Assembly: GCA_030390025.1 (NCBI GenBank)
Contig: CM059432.1
Span: forward strand, 57,352,001-57,416,000
Source: Squalus acanthias
Lineage: Eukaryota
Length of the DNA: 64,000 nt
Direction of reading: 5' to 3'
Below are positions 1 to 13,380 of the stretch, piece by piece. The notes under the pieces were generated by a model. It ran no database searches. It saw nothing but the letters and a program-made list of their open reading frames with translations, and was not told where the DNA came from. Position 1 is the stretch's first letter. Every line of letters begins with the position of its first letter. The translations under genes and the position numbers were made by a program.

Positions 1-1863
1 CAAATAACTTAGAACACAATGCATTTGACATTCATAAAATTCTTTCCTCTATTAATGTCTCCCTGGGCCATGCACCATTCTTGAATGGAAAGAGGTGGGA
101 GTAGGTGGTTTGTTCTCAAGCTTTGGCTAAATCACATAGAAAAATGCACGAGAGAAGCTTGAACTAAGACACTCATTGCTCATTTCTTGTCATGTTTCCC
201 TGCGGACAAGTACCCCCCTCCACTTTTGCATTTCACTTGATAGTATCTGAAGTCAGGAGGAATTGCAGGCAAAAATTCATGTTCTATCAATATTGGAACA
301 GAATCACATTGCACCTCTGTCTTGCCTTAATATTCGATTCAGCATGCAACAAGAAGTGTTTAAATCAGGGTTTTGATTATTTGGCCTAGGAAAGATTTCA
401 GATTAATTTATATTATGATACTCCTATTAAGGTAAATTGAACTTGCAGAAGATTAAATCTATACAACACACCCTTTTTCTGGGACGGCGAATTAGATCTA
501 GGTGAAGTGGCTGGGGAAAGAGTAGGGCCAATTGTAATTACTGGTGGAGAAAGGGCAGATGGTTTACTCTTGGGGGCAGGAAGCTCATAGCATTTCGAGG
601 CCTAGGCCTCATTTCCATTCCACTGGTGATCAGCGGGTGCTAAATGGGTGCCCTGCTGCAACTTGCCTGTTCTGGGAGGGCATGAAATTAGCCGACTCCC
701 ACACTGAGATAGCCAAGTCGGAGCCTGGGGGAGGCGAGGCGCTCCTAAGGGGGTCCCCTCATATGTGCCGGCAGCTGCCCAGAGTTATTTTGTAGGTGAT
801 AAAGATAGATAAATCCTGGGCCGTTTATTAAGTGGCCTCCAGTAGTCCTTTTAATTAGGCTGCTTATCGTCCGGTACAAATGATGAGCGTGGTGCACGCC
901 TTTATATCTCAAAATTGCAATCAGGGTCCTATGCACCTCATAGGACCCAGATTTGCACACTTTAATGAGGCACCTGGGCCAACCTGAAAATGGCAGCGGG
1001 CGTGATCAGAGCTGGAACTGGCAGTAGGTTTTGGGGCTACTACCGCCCCTTTCTGCTGGGTGGTCCGAGGTTAAAATGGCCTGAGTATTTCCTGCATACC
1101 ACAACAGTTCAGAACAAGCAGGTTTGTTAACACATACAAGAGAAGAAATTAGGAGTAATGTTAGAATGCTTTCTCCAGACAGAGCACATCATGGGGTCTG
1201 AGCTGAACAACCATGTAGGTGCCATGTGGGTGGTTTCTGATTTGAGGTAGCAGGCATGAAAAGCACCTCAACCATTTCAATCCCTGGAATCAGAGAGCTG
1301 GGAAAAGGTCAATGGTCAAGTCTTTGACTTCCTGTCTAGGGAACAGTCAGGTGTGGAAGATAGACACAGTGGTAGAGAACCTTCCCCATAAGTTTAGCAA
1401 TGATTTGTTTCAGAGATCTGCTAGCCAGTAATGTGCTCTTAGTTCACGAACAGGAATATTGTTGCATGCTTTCTATGTTATAAGGAACGTTACAAAATAG
1501 ATTGAAATTCAGTGTAAACTATATCCTTTCATTCATATATTATGTGTAAAAAAACACAGCAATTGGCCTCATGTCACCAGAGTGTTCATCAGTCCGCCTT
1601 CTGCAAGACAAGAGAAATGGACACAGGGGTATCTGCAAGATTCCAGCGTCCAGTTCACAAAAGAGGTTTCATTGTTACAACGCCAAGTCATGCTTTTGTG
1701 TGACTAGATATTGAGCAGTGAAGGTAAACTCCTGATCATGGGGATGTGGGATCCAGTTAGCGGAGAGAGAAGTGATAATGAACCTGAAATTTGTAAAAAA
1801 AAAGGCTAATTATTTAGGTGAACTAAATCTGACTACATCCTTCCTATAATATTTAAGAACATC

Positions 1864-2892
1864 ATCATAAGAACATAAGAACACAAGAAATAGGAGCCGG
1901 AGTAGGCCATATGGCCCCTCGAGCCTGCTCCGCCATTCAATAAGATCATGGCTGATCATCGACCTCAACTCCACTTTCCCGCCCGATCTCCACATCCGTT
2001 GATTCCCCATGAGTCCAAAAATCTATCGATCTCAGCCTTTAATATACTCAAAGACTCAGCATTCACAGCCCTCTGGGGCAGAGAATTCCAAAGATTCACA
2101 ACCATCAGTGAAGAAATTCCTCCTCATCTCGGTCTTAAATGGCCTACCCCTTATCCTGAGACTATGCCCCCTCGTTCGAGACACTCCAGCCAGGGGAAAC
2201 AACCTCTCAGCATCTACCCTGTCAATCCCCTTCAGAATCTTGTATGTTTCAATGAGATCACCTCTCATTCTTCTAAACTCCAGAGAGTATAGGCCCATTC
2301 TACACAATCTCTCATCATAGGACAGCCCCCTCATCCCAGGAATCAATCTAGTGAACCTTCGTTGCACCGCCTCCAAGGCAAGTATATCCATCTTTAGATA
2401 AGGAGACCAAAACTGTGCACAGTACTCCAGGTGTGGTCTCACCAAGGCCCTGTACAATTGTAGCAAGACTGCCTTACTCTTATACTCCAATCTCCTTGCA
2501 ATAAAGGGCAACATGCCATTAGCCTTCCTTATTGCTTGCTGTACCTGCATGCTAGCTTTCTGTGTTTCTTGCACGAGGACACCCAAATCTCTCTGAACAC
2601 CAACATTTGAAAGTTTCTCACCATTTAAAAATATTCTGTTTTTCTATTCTTCCTACCAAAGTGAATAACCTCACATTTCCCTACATTATACTCCATCTGC
2701 CACTCACTTAGTCTATCTATATCCCTTTGCAGACTCTTTGTGTTCTCCTCACAGCTTACAGTCCCACCTAGCTTTGTATCATCAGCAAACTTGGATACAT
2801 TACACTCGCTCCCTTCATCTAGATTATTAATATAGATTGTAAATAGCTGATGCCCCAACACTGATCCTTGCGGCACCCCACTAGTTACAGCC
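1864..2892 (-). mobile_element. CR1 LINE, 5'-truncated 3' end (RT C-terminus, 3' UTR, tail)
   Basis: Minus ORFs 2625-2876 ([17 protein letters not shown]) and 2056-2586 (LVRPHLEYCAQFWSP, YSLEFRRMRGDLIE); tail seen on + as cataagaacataagaa. Confidence 0.95.
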
Positions 2893-3342
2893 TTTGTATT
2901 GTTAGCAGCTTGAGGTGACCGCCTTTATCTTGGTCGGTGCAGACTTTTTTTCTGGAACTTGCTGGCTGGCGCTTTCCCTTTGCAGCCAGTTCATATTTCC
3001 AGGGAGCTGCCTCATCAATCACTGCAGTTACCAGAGTGCTGAAAATGGAAATCAGCTGTTTTAACTGGTTGCAAAGAACAAGCAGACTGCTGGCTGGCAA
3101 GGTCTGGCAACAATCTTCCCAACTGAAATGAAGGCAATCAGGGAAAGATCATTCTTGGAATTGCAACATTAGGAGTCTCAGATAACTGCAGATGCGGTGA
3201 GTCTGATTACTGTGAATGGGGCTGCTGGATCGGGGGAGACAATCAGGAATCAGGAGACAATTAGGAAATACAGTGTAATTCAGTTTTGCTCCCCGAAAGT
3301 TCCACACAAATGATTCTTTGGAACATTACATAGTATTGCATA

Positions 3343-4500
3343 GGGCTAAAAATTCGTGGCCGCCACGAAAGCTGCCGGTGTGACCGCGGCCTCGGGTTAA
3401 TGGCCACTGAAAATGGATGAAGCGCTACAGGAGAAAAATTTGCGCTGGGGCGAAAGATTTCGAGCCCAGCGCTAACTTACCATGTAATGCCCTCCTGCTG
3501 GCGTGAGTGCAGGTATGGGAGTCCAAGTTCCCGTCCAGAAGCGGCGTTCAATGTTCCAACAGCTTCTGGAAGCCAGGCAATGGAATTCGCTAGGCATTAT
3601 GGGAAATTAAAAGGGCAATGCCTTCTGAATTCAAAAAATAAGCATGAAGTGAAAAAATGCAGTTACTGCCATTAAAAAATTTTACATTAAAAGAAGTCCC
3701 AAATGGGAGCCTTCAGCTCTTAAAGCTGAATTCCCTTCCGGACCTCAAAAAATGGGAAAAGTGCTTCAGCACTAACACAAATGGCTCGGCAAGCCAGGGA
3801 AGGGGCACCCAAGGTCTCGCAGGCAGCATTTCAGCTTTGTGCAGGGGCTCAACACTGCAAGAGAGGTCCTCTACCCACAGGGGCCAGGAGGCCCTCCAGA
3901 AGGAACGATGTGGGACCACATCACCAAGACCGTCACGGCCAGCAGTGTCACCCCTACGACCTGGCTCCAGTGCCCAAAGAAGCTTCATGACCTCAGACCA
4001 CTGGTCAAGGTCAGTGAATGCATCTTCAAAAGCCATCTCCTACCAACTGCACCAAGCCTCACACACTTCTCAATGCATGACTCCCCAATCACTCACCTAC
4101 CAACAACCTGTATGAATCACGAGGCACACCTCCCATTCCGAGCCTCACCTCACCCCGTTGGAAGAGACGGTGCAGGCCATTCTTGGCAGGGGCATGGCTG
4201 AGCCATTGGCCAGCGGCGGGGCAGAAAGGATGCAAGATGCTGGTATCCTCATATGTTATCCTCCTTCTGGCATGTACCTCTTGCTTTCCCACCCTCCTGT
4301 AACCACAACTCCACACTTGTGCCTTCCTCATTTCACACACCCAAGAAATGCAGCCTGCCCAGCCAGTGGTTGGCCAAGAAGAGGGAGAGGAGAGTGAAGA
4401 AGAAAAGAAGAAGAAGAAGAAGAAGAAGAAGAAGAAGAAGAAGAAGAAACACTGTCACTCAATTTGACACTCCCAGCCACCAGCTCTTCAAGGCCGACCA
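3343..4500 (+). mobile_element. Degenerate PIF/Harbinger remnant (left end and Myb/SANT-like gene fragments)
   Basis: Begins gggctaaaaattcg (TIR-like). Frameshifted MARQAREGAPK... and W..I...V...TWLQCPKKLHDL match Myb exon 1 of the other Harbingers in the window. Confidence 0.65.
4397..4448 (+). repeat. (GAA)n microsatellite
   Basis: Directly visible run of gaa units with one interruption. Confidence 0.95.
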
Positions 4501-4509
4501 GCAATGCCA

Positions 4510-6712
4510 TTTTTTTTATTCGTTCCTGGGATGTGGGCATCACTGGCAATGCTGGCATTTATTGCCCATCATTAATTGCCCTCGAGAAGGTGGTGATGAG
4601 CCGCTTTCTTGAAATGCTGCAGTCCCTTTGGTGAAGGTATTCCCATAGTGCTGTTAGGGAGGGAGTTACAGGATTTTGACCCAGCGACGATGAAGGAACG
4701 GCGATATATTTCCAAGTCAGGATGGTGTGCGACTTGGAGTTGTTCCCATGTTCCTGCTGTCCTTGTCCTTCTAGGTGGTAGAGGTCATGGGATTGGGAGC
4801 TGCTGTTGGACAAGCCTTGTTGAGTTGCTGCAGTGCATCTTGTAGATGGTACACACTGCAGCCACGGTGTGCCGGTAGTGGAGGGAGTGAATGTTTAATG
4901 TGGTGGATAAGGTGCCAAATCAAGCGGGCTGTTTTGTCATAGATGCTGTCGAGCTTCTTGAGTGTTGTTGGAGCTGCACTCATCCAGGCAAGTGGAAAGA
5001 ATTCCATCACACTCTTGGCTTTTGCCTTGTTGATGGTGGAAAGGCTTTGGGGAGTCAGAAGGTGAGACACTTGCCACAGAATACCCAGCCTCTGACCTGC
5101 TCTTGTAGCCACAGTATTTATGTGGCTGGTCCAGTTAAGTTTACGGTCAATGGTGACCCCCAGTAAGTTGACGGTGGGGGACTTGGGGATGGTAATGCCT
5201 TTGAATGTCAAGGGGCGGATGTTAGACTCTCTCTTGTTGGAGATGGTCATTGCCTGGCACTTGTGTGGTGCGAATGTTACTTGCCACTTATCAGCCCAAG
5301 CCTGAATGTCGTCCAGGTCTTGCTACACGCGGGCATGGACTGCTTCATTATCTGAGGAGTTGCAAATGGAACTGAACACGGTGCCATCATCAACGAACAT
5401 CCCCACTTCTGACCTTATGATGGAGGGAAGGTCATTGATGAAGCAGCTGAAGATGGTTGGGCCTAGGACACTGTCCTGAGGAACTCCTGCAGCAATGTCC
5501 TGGGGCTGAGATGATTGACCTCCAACAACCACAACCATCTTCTTTTGTGCTAGGTATGACTCCAGACAATGGAGAGTTTTCCCCCTGATTCCCATTGACT
5601 TCAATTTTACTAGGGCTCCTTGATGCCACACTCAGTCAAATGCTGCCTTGATATCAAGGGCAGTCACTCTCACCTCACCTCTGGAATTCAGCTGCTTTGT
5701 CCATGTTTGGACCAAGGCTGTAATGTGGTCTGGAGACAAGTGGTCCTGGCGGAACCCAAACTGAGCATTGGTGAGCAGGTTAATGGTGAGTAAGTGGTGC
5801 TTGATAGCACTGTTGATGACACCTTCCTTCACTTTGCTGATGATTGAGAGTAGGCTGATGTGGTGGTAATTGACTGGATTGGATTTGTCCTGCTTTTTGT
5901 GGACAGGACATACCTGGGCAGTTTTCCACGTGGAGTGAATCGAATTGGCTTCTGTGATGGTGGGGACCTCAGGAGGAGGCCAAGATGGATCATCCACTCG
6001 GCACTTCTGGCTGAAGATGGTTGCAAACGCTTCAGCCTTGTCTTTTGCACTCACGTGCTGAGCTCTGCCATCATTGAGGATGGGGATGTTCATGGAGCCT
6101 CCTCCTCCCATTAGTTATTTAATTGTCCATCACCATTCACGACTGGATGAGGTAGGACTATGCTCTATAATGTTTATTGTGGCAGGAGCCCTTTGATCTG
6201 ATCCGTTGATTGTGGGACCGCTTAGCTCTGTCTATAGCATGCTGCTTCCACTGTTTAGCATGCATGTAGTCCTGTGTTGCAGCATCCCCAGGTTGGCACC
6301 TCATTTTTAGGTACGCCTGGTACTGCTCCTGGCATGCTCTTCTACTCTCCTCATTGAACCAGGATTGATCTCCTGGCTTGATGATAATGGTAGAGTGAGG
6401 GATATGCCACGCCCTGAGGTTACAGATTGTGGTGGATTACAATTCTGCTGCTGTTGATGGCCCACAGCACCTCATGGTTGCCCAGTTTTGAGCTGCTAGA
6501 TCTGTTCTGAATCTATCCCATTTAGCACGGTGGTAGTGCCATACAACACGATGGAGGGTGTCCTCAGTGTGAAGACGGGCCTTTGTCTCCACAATGACTG
6601 TGCGGTGGTCACTCCTACCAATAGTGTCATGGACAGATGCATCTGCGACAGATAGATTGGTGAGGACGAGTTCAAGTAGGTTTTTCCATCACAGGCCCAG
6701 TGTTGCAGCTAT
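4510..6712 (-). mobile_element. Second LINE family (CR1/L2 group), decayed ORF2 and 3' UTR
   Basis: Minus ORF pieces QFGFRQDH, ALDIKAAFD, GVPQDSVLGP, IRSEVGMFVDD; 3' end ending in an A-tail; same family as 55062-57182. Confidence 0.9.
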
Positions 6713-7507
6713 GTCACCAGGACCGGATGGGATGCATCCTAGGATGCTGAGGGAAGTTAAGGAGGAAATCGCGGAGGTACTGGCCATAATCTTCCAATCC
6801 TCTTTAATACGGGGGTGGTGCCAGAGGACTGGAGAATTGCAAATGTTACACCCTTGTTCAAAAAAGAGTGTAAGGATAAACCCAGCAACTATAGGCCAGT
6901 CAGTTTAACCTCAGTAGTGGGGAAGTTTTTAGAAACGATAATCCGGGACAAAATTAACAATTACTTGGACAAGTGTGGATTAATCAAGGAAAACCAGCAC
7001 GGATTTGTTAAAGGCAAATCGTGTTTAACTAACTTGATCAAGTTTTTTGATGAGGTAACAGAGAGGGTTGATGAGGGCAATGTGGTTGATGAGGTGTACA
7101 TGGACTTCTAAAAGGCGTTTGATAAAGTGCCACATAATAGGCTTGCCAGCAAAGTTGAAGCTCATGGGATAAAAGGGACAGTGGCAGCATGGATAAGAAA
7201 TTGGCTAAGTGACACGAAACAGAGAGTAGTGGTGAACGATTGTTTTTCGGACTGGAGGAAGGTATACAGTGGTGTTCCCCAGGGGTTGGTACTAGGATCA
7301 CTGCTTTTCTTGATATGTATTAATGACTTGGACTTGTGTGTACAGGGCACAATTTCAAAATATGCGGATGACACAAAACTTGGAAGTATAGTGAACAGTG
7401 AGGAGGATAGTGATAGACTTCAAGAAGTCATAGACAGGCTGGTGAAATGGGCGGACACATGGCAGATGAAATTTAACACAGAAAAGTGCAAAGTGATACA
7501 TTTTTGG
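6713..7507 (+). repeat. Left arm of a 795-bp inverted duplication of CR1 RT sequence
   Basis: Reverse complement of 7927-8721; the ORF translations differ only at ENQ/ESQ and TVA/TMA. Confidence 0.95.
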
Positions 7508-7787
7508 CTCCAATGCCCAAAGATGTTTCATGACCTCAGACAAGTGGTCAAGGTCAGTGAATGCATCTCCTTCCAACTTCACCACTAGCCTCACGCACTG
7601 CTCAATGCACGACCCCCACCGTTGCAAATCACTCACCTACCAACAAGCTCTACCAAACATGAGGCACACCTCACATTCCTAGCTTCACCTCACCTCCTTG
7701 GAGGAGACGGTGCTGAGCCCTTGGCCTCCACGAGCAGCTTGTCCCCTTTTCTGCTTTTGCTCCATCTCCATGTGATTCTGCAGCCTA
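7505..7787 (+). mobile_element. Harbinger Myb-gene fragment
   Basis: WLQCPKMFHDLRQVVK followed by gtcagt; paralogous to about 3961-4175. Confidence 0.7.
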
Positions 7788-10220
7788 TAAGAACATAAGA
7801 AATAGGAGCAGGAGTAGGCCATTCGGCTCCTCGAGCCTGCTCCACCATTCAATAAGTTCATGGCTGATCATCGACCTCAACTCTATTTTCCCGCCCGATC
7901 TCCATATCCCTTGATTCCCCTAGAGTCCAAAAATGTATCACTTTGCACTTTTCTGTGTTAAATTTCATCTGCCATGTGTCCGCCCATTTCACCAGCCTGT
8001 CTATGACTTCTTGAAGTCTATCACTATCCTCCTCACTGTTCACTATACTTCCAAGTTTTGTGTCATCCGCATATTTTGAAATTGTGCCCTGTACACACAA
8101 GTCCAAGTCATTAATACATATCAAGAAAAGCAGTGATCCTAGTACCAACCCCTGGGGAACACCACTGTATACCTTCCTCCAGTCCGAAAAACAATCGTTC
8201 ACCACTACTCTCTGTTTCGTGTCACTTAGCCAATTTCTTATCCATGCTGCCATTGTCCCTTTTATCCCATGAGCTTCAACTTTGCTGGCAAGCCTATTAT
8301 GTGGCACTTTATCAAACGCCTTTTAGAAGTCCATGTACACCTCATCAACCACATTGCCCTCATCAACCCTCTCTGTTACCTCATCAAAAAACTTGATCAA
8401 GTTAGTTAAACACGATTTGCCTTTAACAAATCCGTGCTGGCTTTCCTTGATTAATCCACACTTGTCCAAGTAATTGTTAATTTTGTCCCGGATTATCGTT
8501 TCTAAAAACTTCCCCACTACTGAGGTTAAACTGACTGGCCTATAGTTGCTGGGTTTATCCTTACACTCTTTTTTGAACAAGGGTGTAACATTTGCAATTC
8601 TCCAGTCCTCTGGCACCACCCCCGTATTAAAGAGGATTGGAAGATTATGGCCAGTACCTCCGCGATTTCCTCCTTAACTTCCCTCAGCATCCTAGGATGC
8701 ATCCCATCCGGTCCTGGTGACTTATCTACTTTAAGTACAGCCAACCTTTCTAGTACCTCGTCTTTATCAATTTTTAGTACCTCCTCGTTCACTCTGACTT
8801 TGGCAGCATCTTCTTCCTTGGTAAAGACAGATGCAAAGTACTAATTTAGTACCTCAGCCATGCCCTCTGCCTCCATGCATAGGTCTCCTTTTTGGTCTCT
8901 AATCAGCCCCACCCCTCCTCTTACTGCCCGTTTACTATTTATATGCCTATAGAAGTCTTTTGTATTCTCTTTTATGTTAGCTGCCAATCTATTCTCATAC
9001 ACTGTCTTTGCCCTTCTTATTTTCTTTTTCACTTCCCCTCTGAAGTTTCTATATTCAGCCTGATTCTCACTTGGATTCTCAGCCTGACATCTGTCATATG
9101 TGCTCTTTTTCTGCTTCATCTTACTCTCTATCTCTTTTGTCATCCAGGGAGCTCTGACTTTGGTTGCCCTACCTTTCCCCCTCGTGGGAATGTACTTTAA
9201 CTGTACCTGAACCATCTCCTCTTTAAAGGCAGCCCATTGTTCTATTACAGTTTTGCCTGCCAATTTCTGATTCCAATTTACCAGGGCCAGATCCATTCTC
9301 ATCCCACTGAAATTGGCCTTCCTCCAATTTTACTCTAGGTTGCTCCCTGTCTTTTCTATAGTTAATCTAAACCTTATGATACGATGATCACTGTTCCCTA
9401 AATGTTCCCCTACTGACACTTGCTCCACTTGCCCCACCTCATTCCCCAGAACCAGATCCAGCAATGCCTCCTTCCTCGTTGGGCCGGAAACATACTGATC
9501 AAGAAAGTTCTCCTGAACACACTTCAGAAATTCTTCCCCCTCTCTGCCCTTTACACTATTACTAACCCAATCTATATTAGGATAGTTGAAGTCCCCCATT
9601 ATCACTACTCTATATTTCTTGCACCTCGCTGTAATTTCCCTGCAAATTTGCTCCTCTATATCCTTCCCACTAGTTGACAGCCTGTAGAATACACCTAGTA
9701 GTGTAATGGCACCTCTATTATTTCTTAATTCTAACCAAATAGATTCTGTCCTTGACCCCTCCAGGACATCCTCTCTCTCCAGCACTGTAATATTCTCCTT
9801 AACCAATACTGCCACACCACCTCCTTTCTTTCCCGGCTCTGTTGAGGTGCAACCCGTCCGGCCTGTACAGGTCCCACCTCCCCCAGAGCAGGTCCCAATG
9901 TCCCAGGAATCTAAAGCCCTCCATCCTGCACCATCTCTCCAGCCACGCATGAATCTGCTCTATCCTCCTATTTCTATACTCACTAGCTCGTGGCACTGGG
10001 AGTAATCCGGAGATTACTACCTTTGAGCTGCTGCTTTTTAATCTCTTTCCTAGCTCCCTAAATTCTACCTGCAGAACCTCATCCCTCTTTCTACCTATGT
10101 CGTTGGTACCGATATGGACCACAACCTCTGGCTGCTCACCCTCTCCCCTCAGAATGTTCTGCAGCCGCTCAGTGACATCCTTGACTCTGGCATCAGGAAG
10201 GCAACATACCATCCTAGAAT
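7788..10220 (-). mobile_element. CR1 LINE with internal deletions (ORF1 esterase, endonuclease, RT, 3' tail)
   Basis: 9799-10212 SGNH esterase-like (VVVHIGTND, DGLHLN); 9330-9830 APE endonuclease (MGDFNYP, LDLVL, SDH); RT 7927-8800; tail 7788-7934. Confidence 0.9.
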
Positions 10221-10239
10221 CATGTCTGCGGCCTACTAC

Positions 10240-12092
10240 TATTGCTTTCCCTTACAATAACGGCTAACATACCATTTGCCTTCCTAATTGCTTGCTCTAC
10301 CTGCATGCTAGCTTTCTGTGCTTCCTGTATGAGGACACCTAAATCTCTCTGAACACCAACATTTGAAAGTTTCTCACCATTTAAAAAATATTCAGTTTTT
10401 CTATTCTTCCTACCAAAATGAATAACCTCACATTTCCTCACATTATACTCCATCTGCCACCTTATTGCCCACTCACTTAATCTGTCTATATCCCTTTTCA
10501 GGCTCTTAATATCCTCCTCACAGCTTACTTTCCCACCTAGCTTTGTATCATCAGCAAACTTGGATACATTGCACTCGGCCCTTCATCTAAGTCATTAATA
10601 TGGATTGTAAATAGCTGAGGCCCAAGCACTGATCCTTGCGGCACCCCACTAGTTACATTCTGCCAACCGGAAAATGACTCGTTTATCCCTACTCTCTGTT
10701 GTCTGTCCGTTAACCAATCCTCTATCCATGCTAATATATTAACCCAAACCCATGAGCCGTTATCTTGCATAGCAACCTTTTATGTGGCACCTTATCGAAT
10801 GCCTTTTGGAAATCCAGATATACTACATCCACTGGTTCCCCTTTATCTACCCTGCTAATTACATCCTCAAAAAACTCTAATAAATTTGTTAAACACGATT
10901 TCCCTTTCATAAAACCATGTTGACTCTGCCTAATCATATTATGATTTTTCTAAGTGCCCTGTTACCACTTGCTTAATAATGGACCATTTTCCGATGACTA
11001 ACGTCAGGCTAACTGGCCTGTAGTTCCCTGTTTTCTCTCTCCCTCCTTTCTTGGATAGCGAGGTTACATTTGCTACCTTCCAATCCACTGGGACCATTCC
11101 AGAATCTAGGGAATTTTGGAAGATCACAACCAATGCATCCACTATCTCTGCAGCCACCTCTTTAAAACCCTAGGATGTAGGCCAACAGGTCCAGGGGATT
11201 TGTTGGCTTTTAGTCCCATTAGTTTCTCAAGTACTTTTTCTCTACTGATTTTAATTACTTTACGTTCCTCACTCTTATTAGCCCCTTGGTTCCCCACTAT
11301 TTTTGGTATGCTTTTTGTGTCTGCTACTATGAAGACAGATACAAAATATTTGTTTAAAGTCTCTGCCATTTCCTTATTCCTCATTATAATTTCATCTGTC
11401 CCAGCCTCTAAGGGACCAATGCTTACTTTTGCTACTCTCTTCCTTTTTACATACTTGTAGAAGTTCTTACAATCTGTTTTTATATTTCTTGCTAGTTTAC
11501 TTTCATATTCAATTTTCTCCTTTTTTACCAATTTTTTGGTCATCCTTTGCTGGTTTCTAAAGCTCTCCCAATCCTCAGGCTTACTACTATTCTTTGCAAT
11601 ATTATAAGCCTCATCTTTTAATCCTTAATTTCTTTAGTTAACCATGGATGGATCACTTTTCCCATGGAGTTTTTATTTCTCAATTGAATACATATTTGTT
11701 GAGAAATTTGGAATCTTTCTTTAAATGTTTGCCACTGCTTATCTACTGTTATACCTTTTAATCTAATTTCACAATCTACCTTAGCTAACTTGCCCCTCAT
11801 ACCTATGTAATTGGCTTTATTTAAGTTCAAGACTCTCGTTTCTGACTGAAGTATTTCACTCTCAAATTCAGCATGAAATTTTATCATATTATGATCACTC
11901 TTTCCCAGAGGATGCTTTACTATGAGATTACTAATTAACCCTGTCTCATTACACAATACAAGATCTAAAATAGCCTGTTCCCTAGTTGGTTCTATGACAT
12001 ATTGTTCTGGGAAACTGTCTCGAATCTCGAATGCATTCCATAAACTCATCCTCCAGACCTTTCCCAATTTGATTTGGCCAGTCTATATGAAG
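10240..12092 (-). mobile_element. CR1 ORF2 fragment (endonuclease end through RT)
   Basis: Consecutive frameshifted minus ORFs: [42 protein letters not shown]. Confidence 0.92.
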
Positions 12093-12684
12093 ATTCTTCA
12101 GTGGTCGCTGTGGCCTAAGCAGCAGCCGCTACAAAAGGGTAGTTTAAAAAATATATATATTAATTCCTGTGGAGCAAATTGTTTATATCAAGCACCCATG
12201 GACTAGGACATCTAGGTGAATCACAAGATAGGGAACATTTTAGAGCGGGAGGAGTAGCCTTAGTGGTTAAAGTATGAAATCACTTCAATGATAAGAGAGG
12301 AGATAACATGAGGTAAGCAGGCAGTGGAGAATTCATGGGTAGAATTAAGAAATAGAAAAGGATTTAAGATTGTCATGGGAGTTGTGCATAGGCCCCCTGG
12401 TAGCAGCTGTGAAGTGATAGAATGTATAAATGCTGGGATTAGACAAGCAGGTAGCAAAGGCAGGGTGGTTTTAATGGAGGATTTTAATTTTCATATAGAT
12501 TGGGATAAGCAGATTAGCTCATGTCTGAAAGGTAGTGAATTTTGAGTGTGTTCAGGATCGTATTCTGCAACAATATGTATTAGAAACAAGGGGGCAGGCC
12601 ATATTAGATTTAGTAATGAGTAATGAGCCAGATTTAATTAACAGCCTGACGGTGCGTGAACATTTATCTAATAGTGATCATAAT

Positions 12685-13380
12685 GGCCCGTATTTTGCAG
12701 CCTCTACAGGTGCGTACGAGGTGTGTACGCGCTCGTAAGGGCCGCGGAAGTTCCAGGTTTTTGCAATGCATCCCCAGGAAAAGGGCATCTACAGGCGGAG
12801 AGTTAGGCTATTTGCCCCACTTCTGCTCAGCGAATGCCCGTGAAATTCTTACGCCTGGTAAAAGCAGGCATAAGGCCAGTGTAAGAGTTTAAATGGACAT
12901 AGAAATACATTTTTTTCCAATCATTTAATCATTAAAAACCTGTACAATAAGGTAAGATTATTTTTAGCCCCATTAAAACATTTACATTTATTTTTCAAAA
13001 AATTAAATTTTGTTTTAAATATTTAATTAAATGGCATTTTAATTAATTTTAAATATGTAATTTAAAAAAATGTATTTGATGTGTACATGTATTTTTTGGG
13101 GTATTCTCATTCATGCTTATGGGGTTTCTGTACACACGGAATGCCCATAAGCATGAATGGGGATCTCCCTTCTTTCATTCATTGGGACAGCCCACGTGAT
13201 CCCAGGGGCGCTTGCGAACCTCATAGCGCCCCTGGGATACGTGGGCCTCTACAGATGTCTACGCATAGAGGCCCAGGAGTGCGAGTCTCCATGGATCCAG
13301 GACCATCAGGTAGGTTCGTAGATTTTTTGCTGGTCGAAGGCACCTGCCCGTGGGAAACCTCCGACCGCAAATTCAGGCCC
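12685..13380. mobile_element. Non-autonomous Harbinger-like element (MITE) inserted in the CR1 endonuclease region
   Basis: Imperfect TIRs ggcccgtattttgc / gcaaattcaggccc; splits the CR1 SDHN|MI motif; AT-rich core. Confidence 0.7.

Noticed and set aside
520..1082. Possible MITE ending ggttaaaatggcc
   Set aside because: Matching left TIR and TSD could not be established
4253..4612. Poly-Arg (protamine-like) ORF
   Set aside because: Translation of a (GAA)n microsatellite running into a LINE tail
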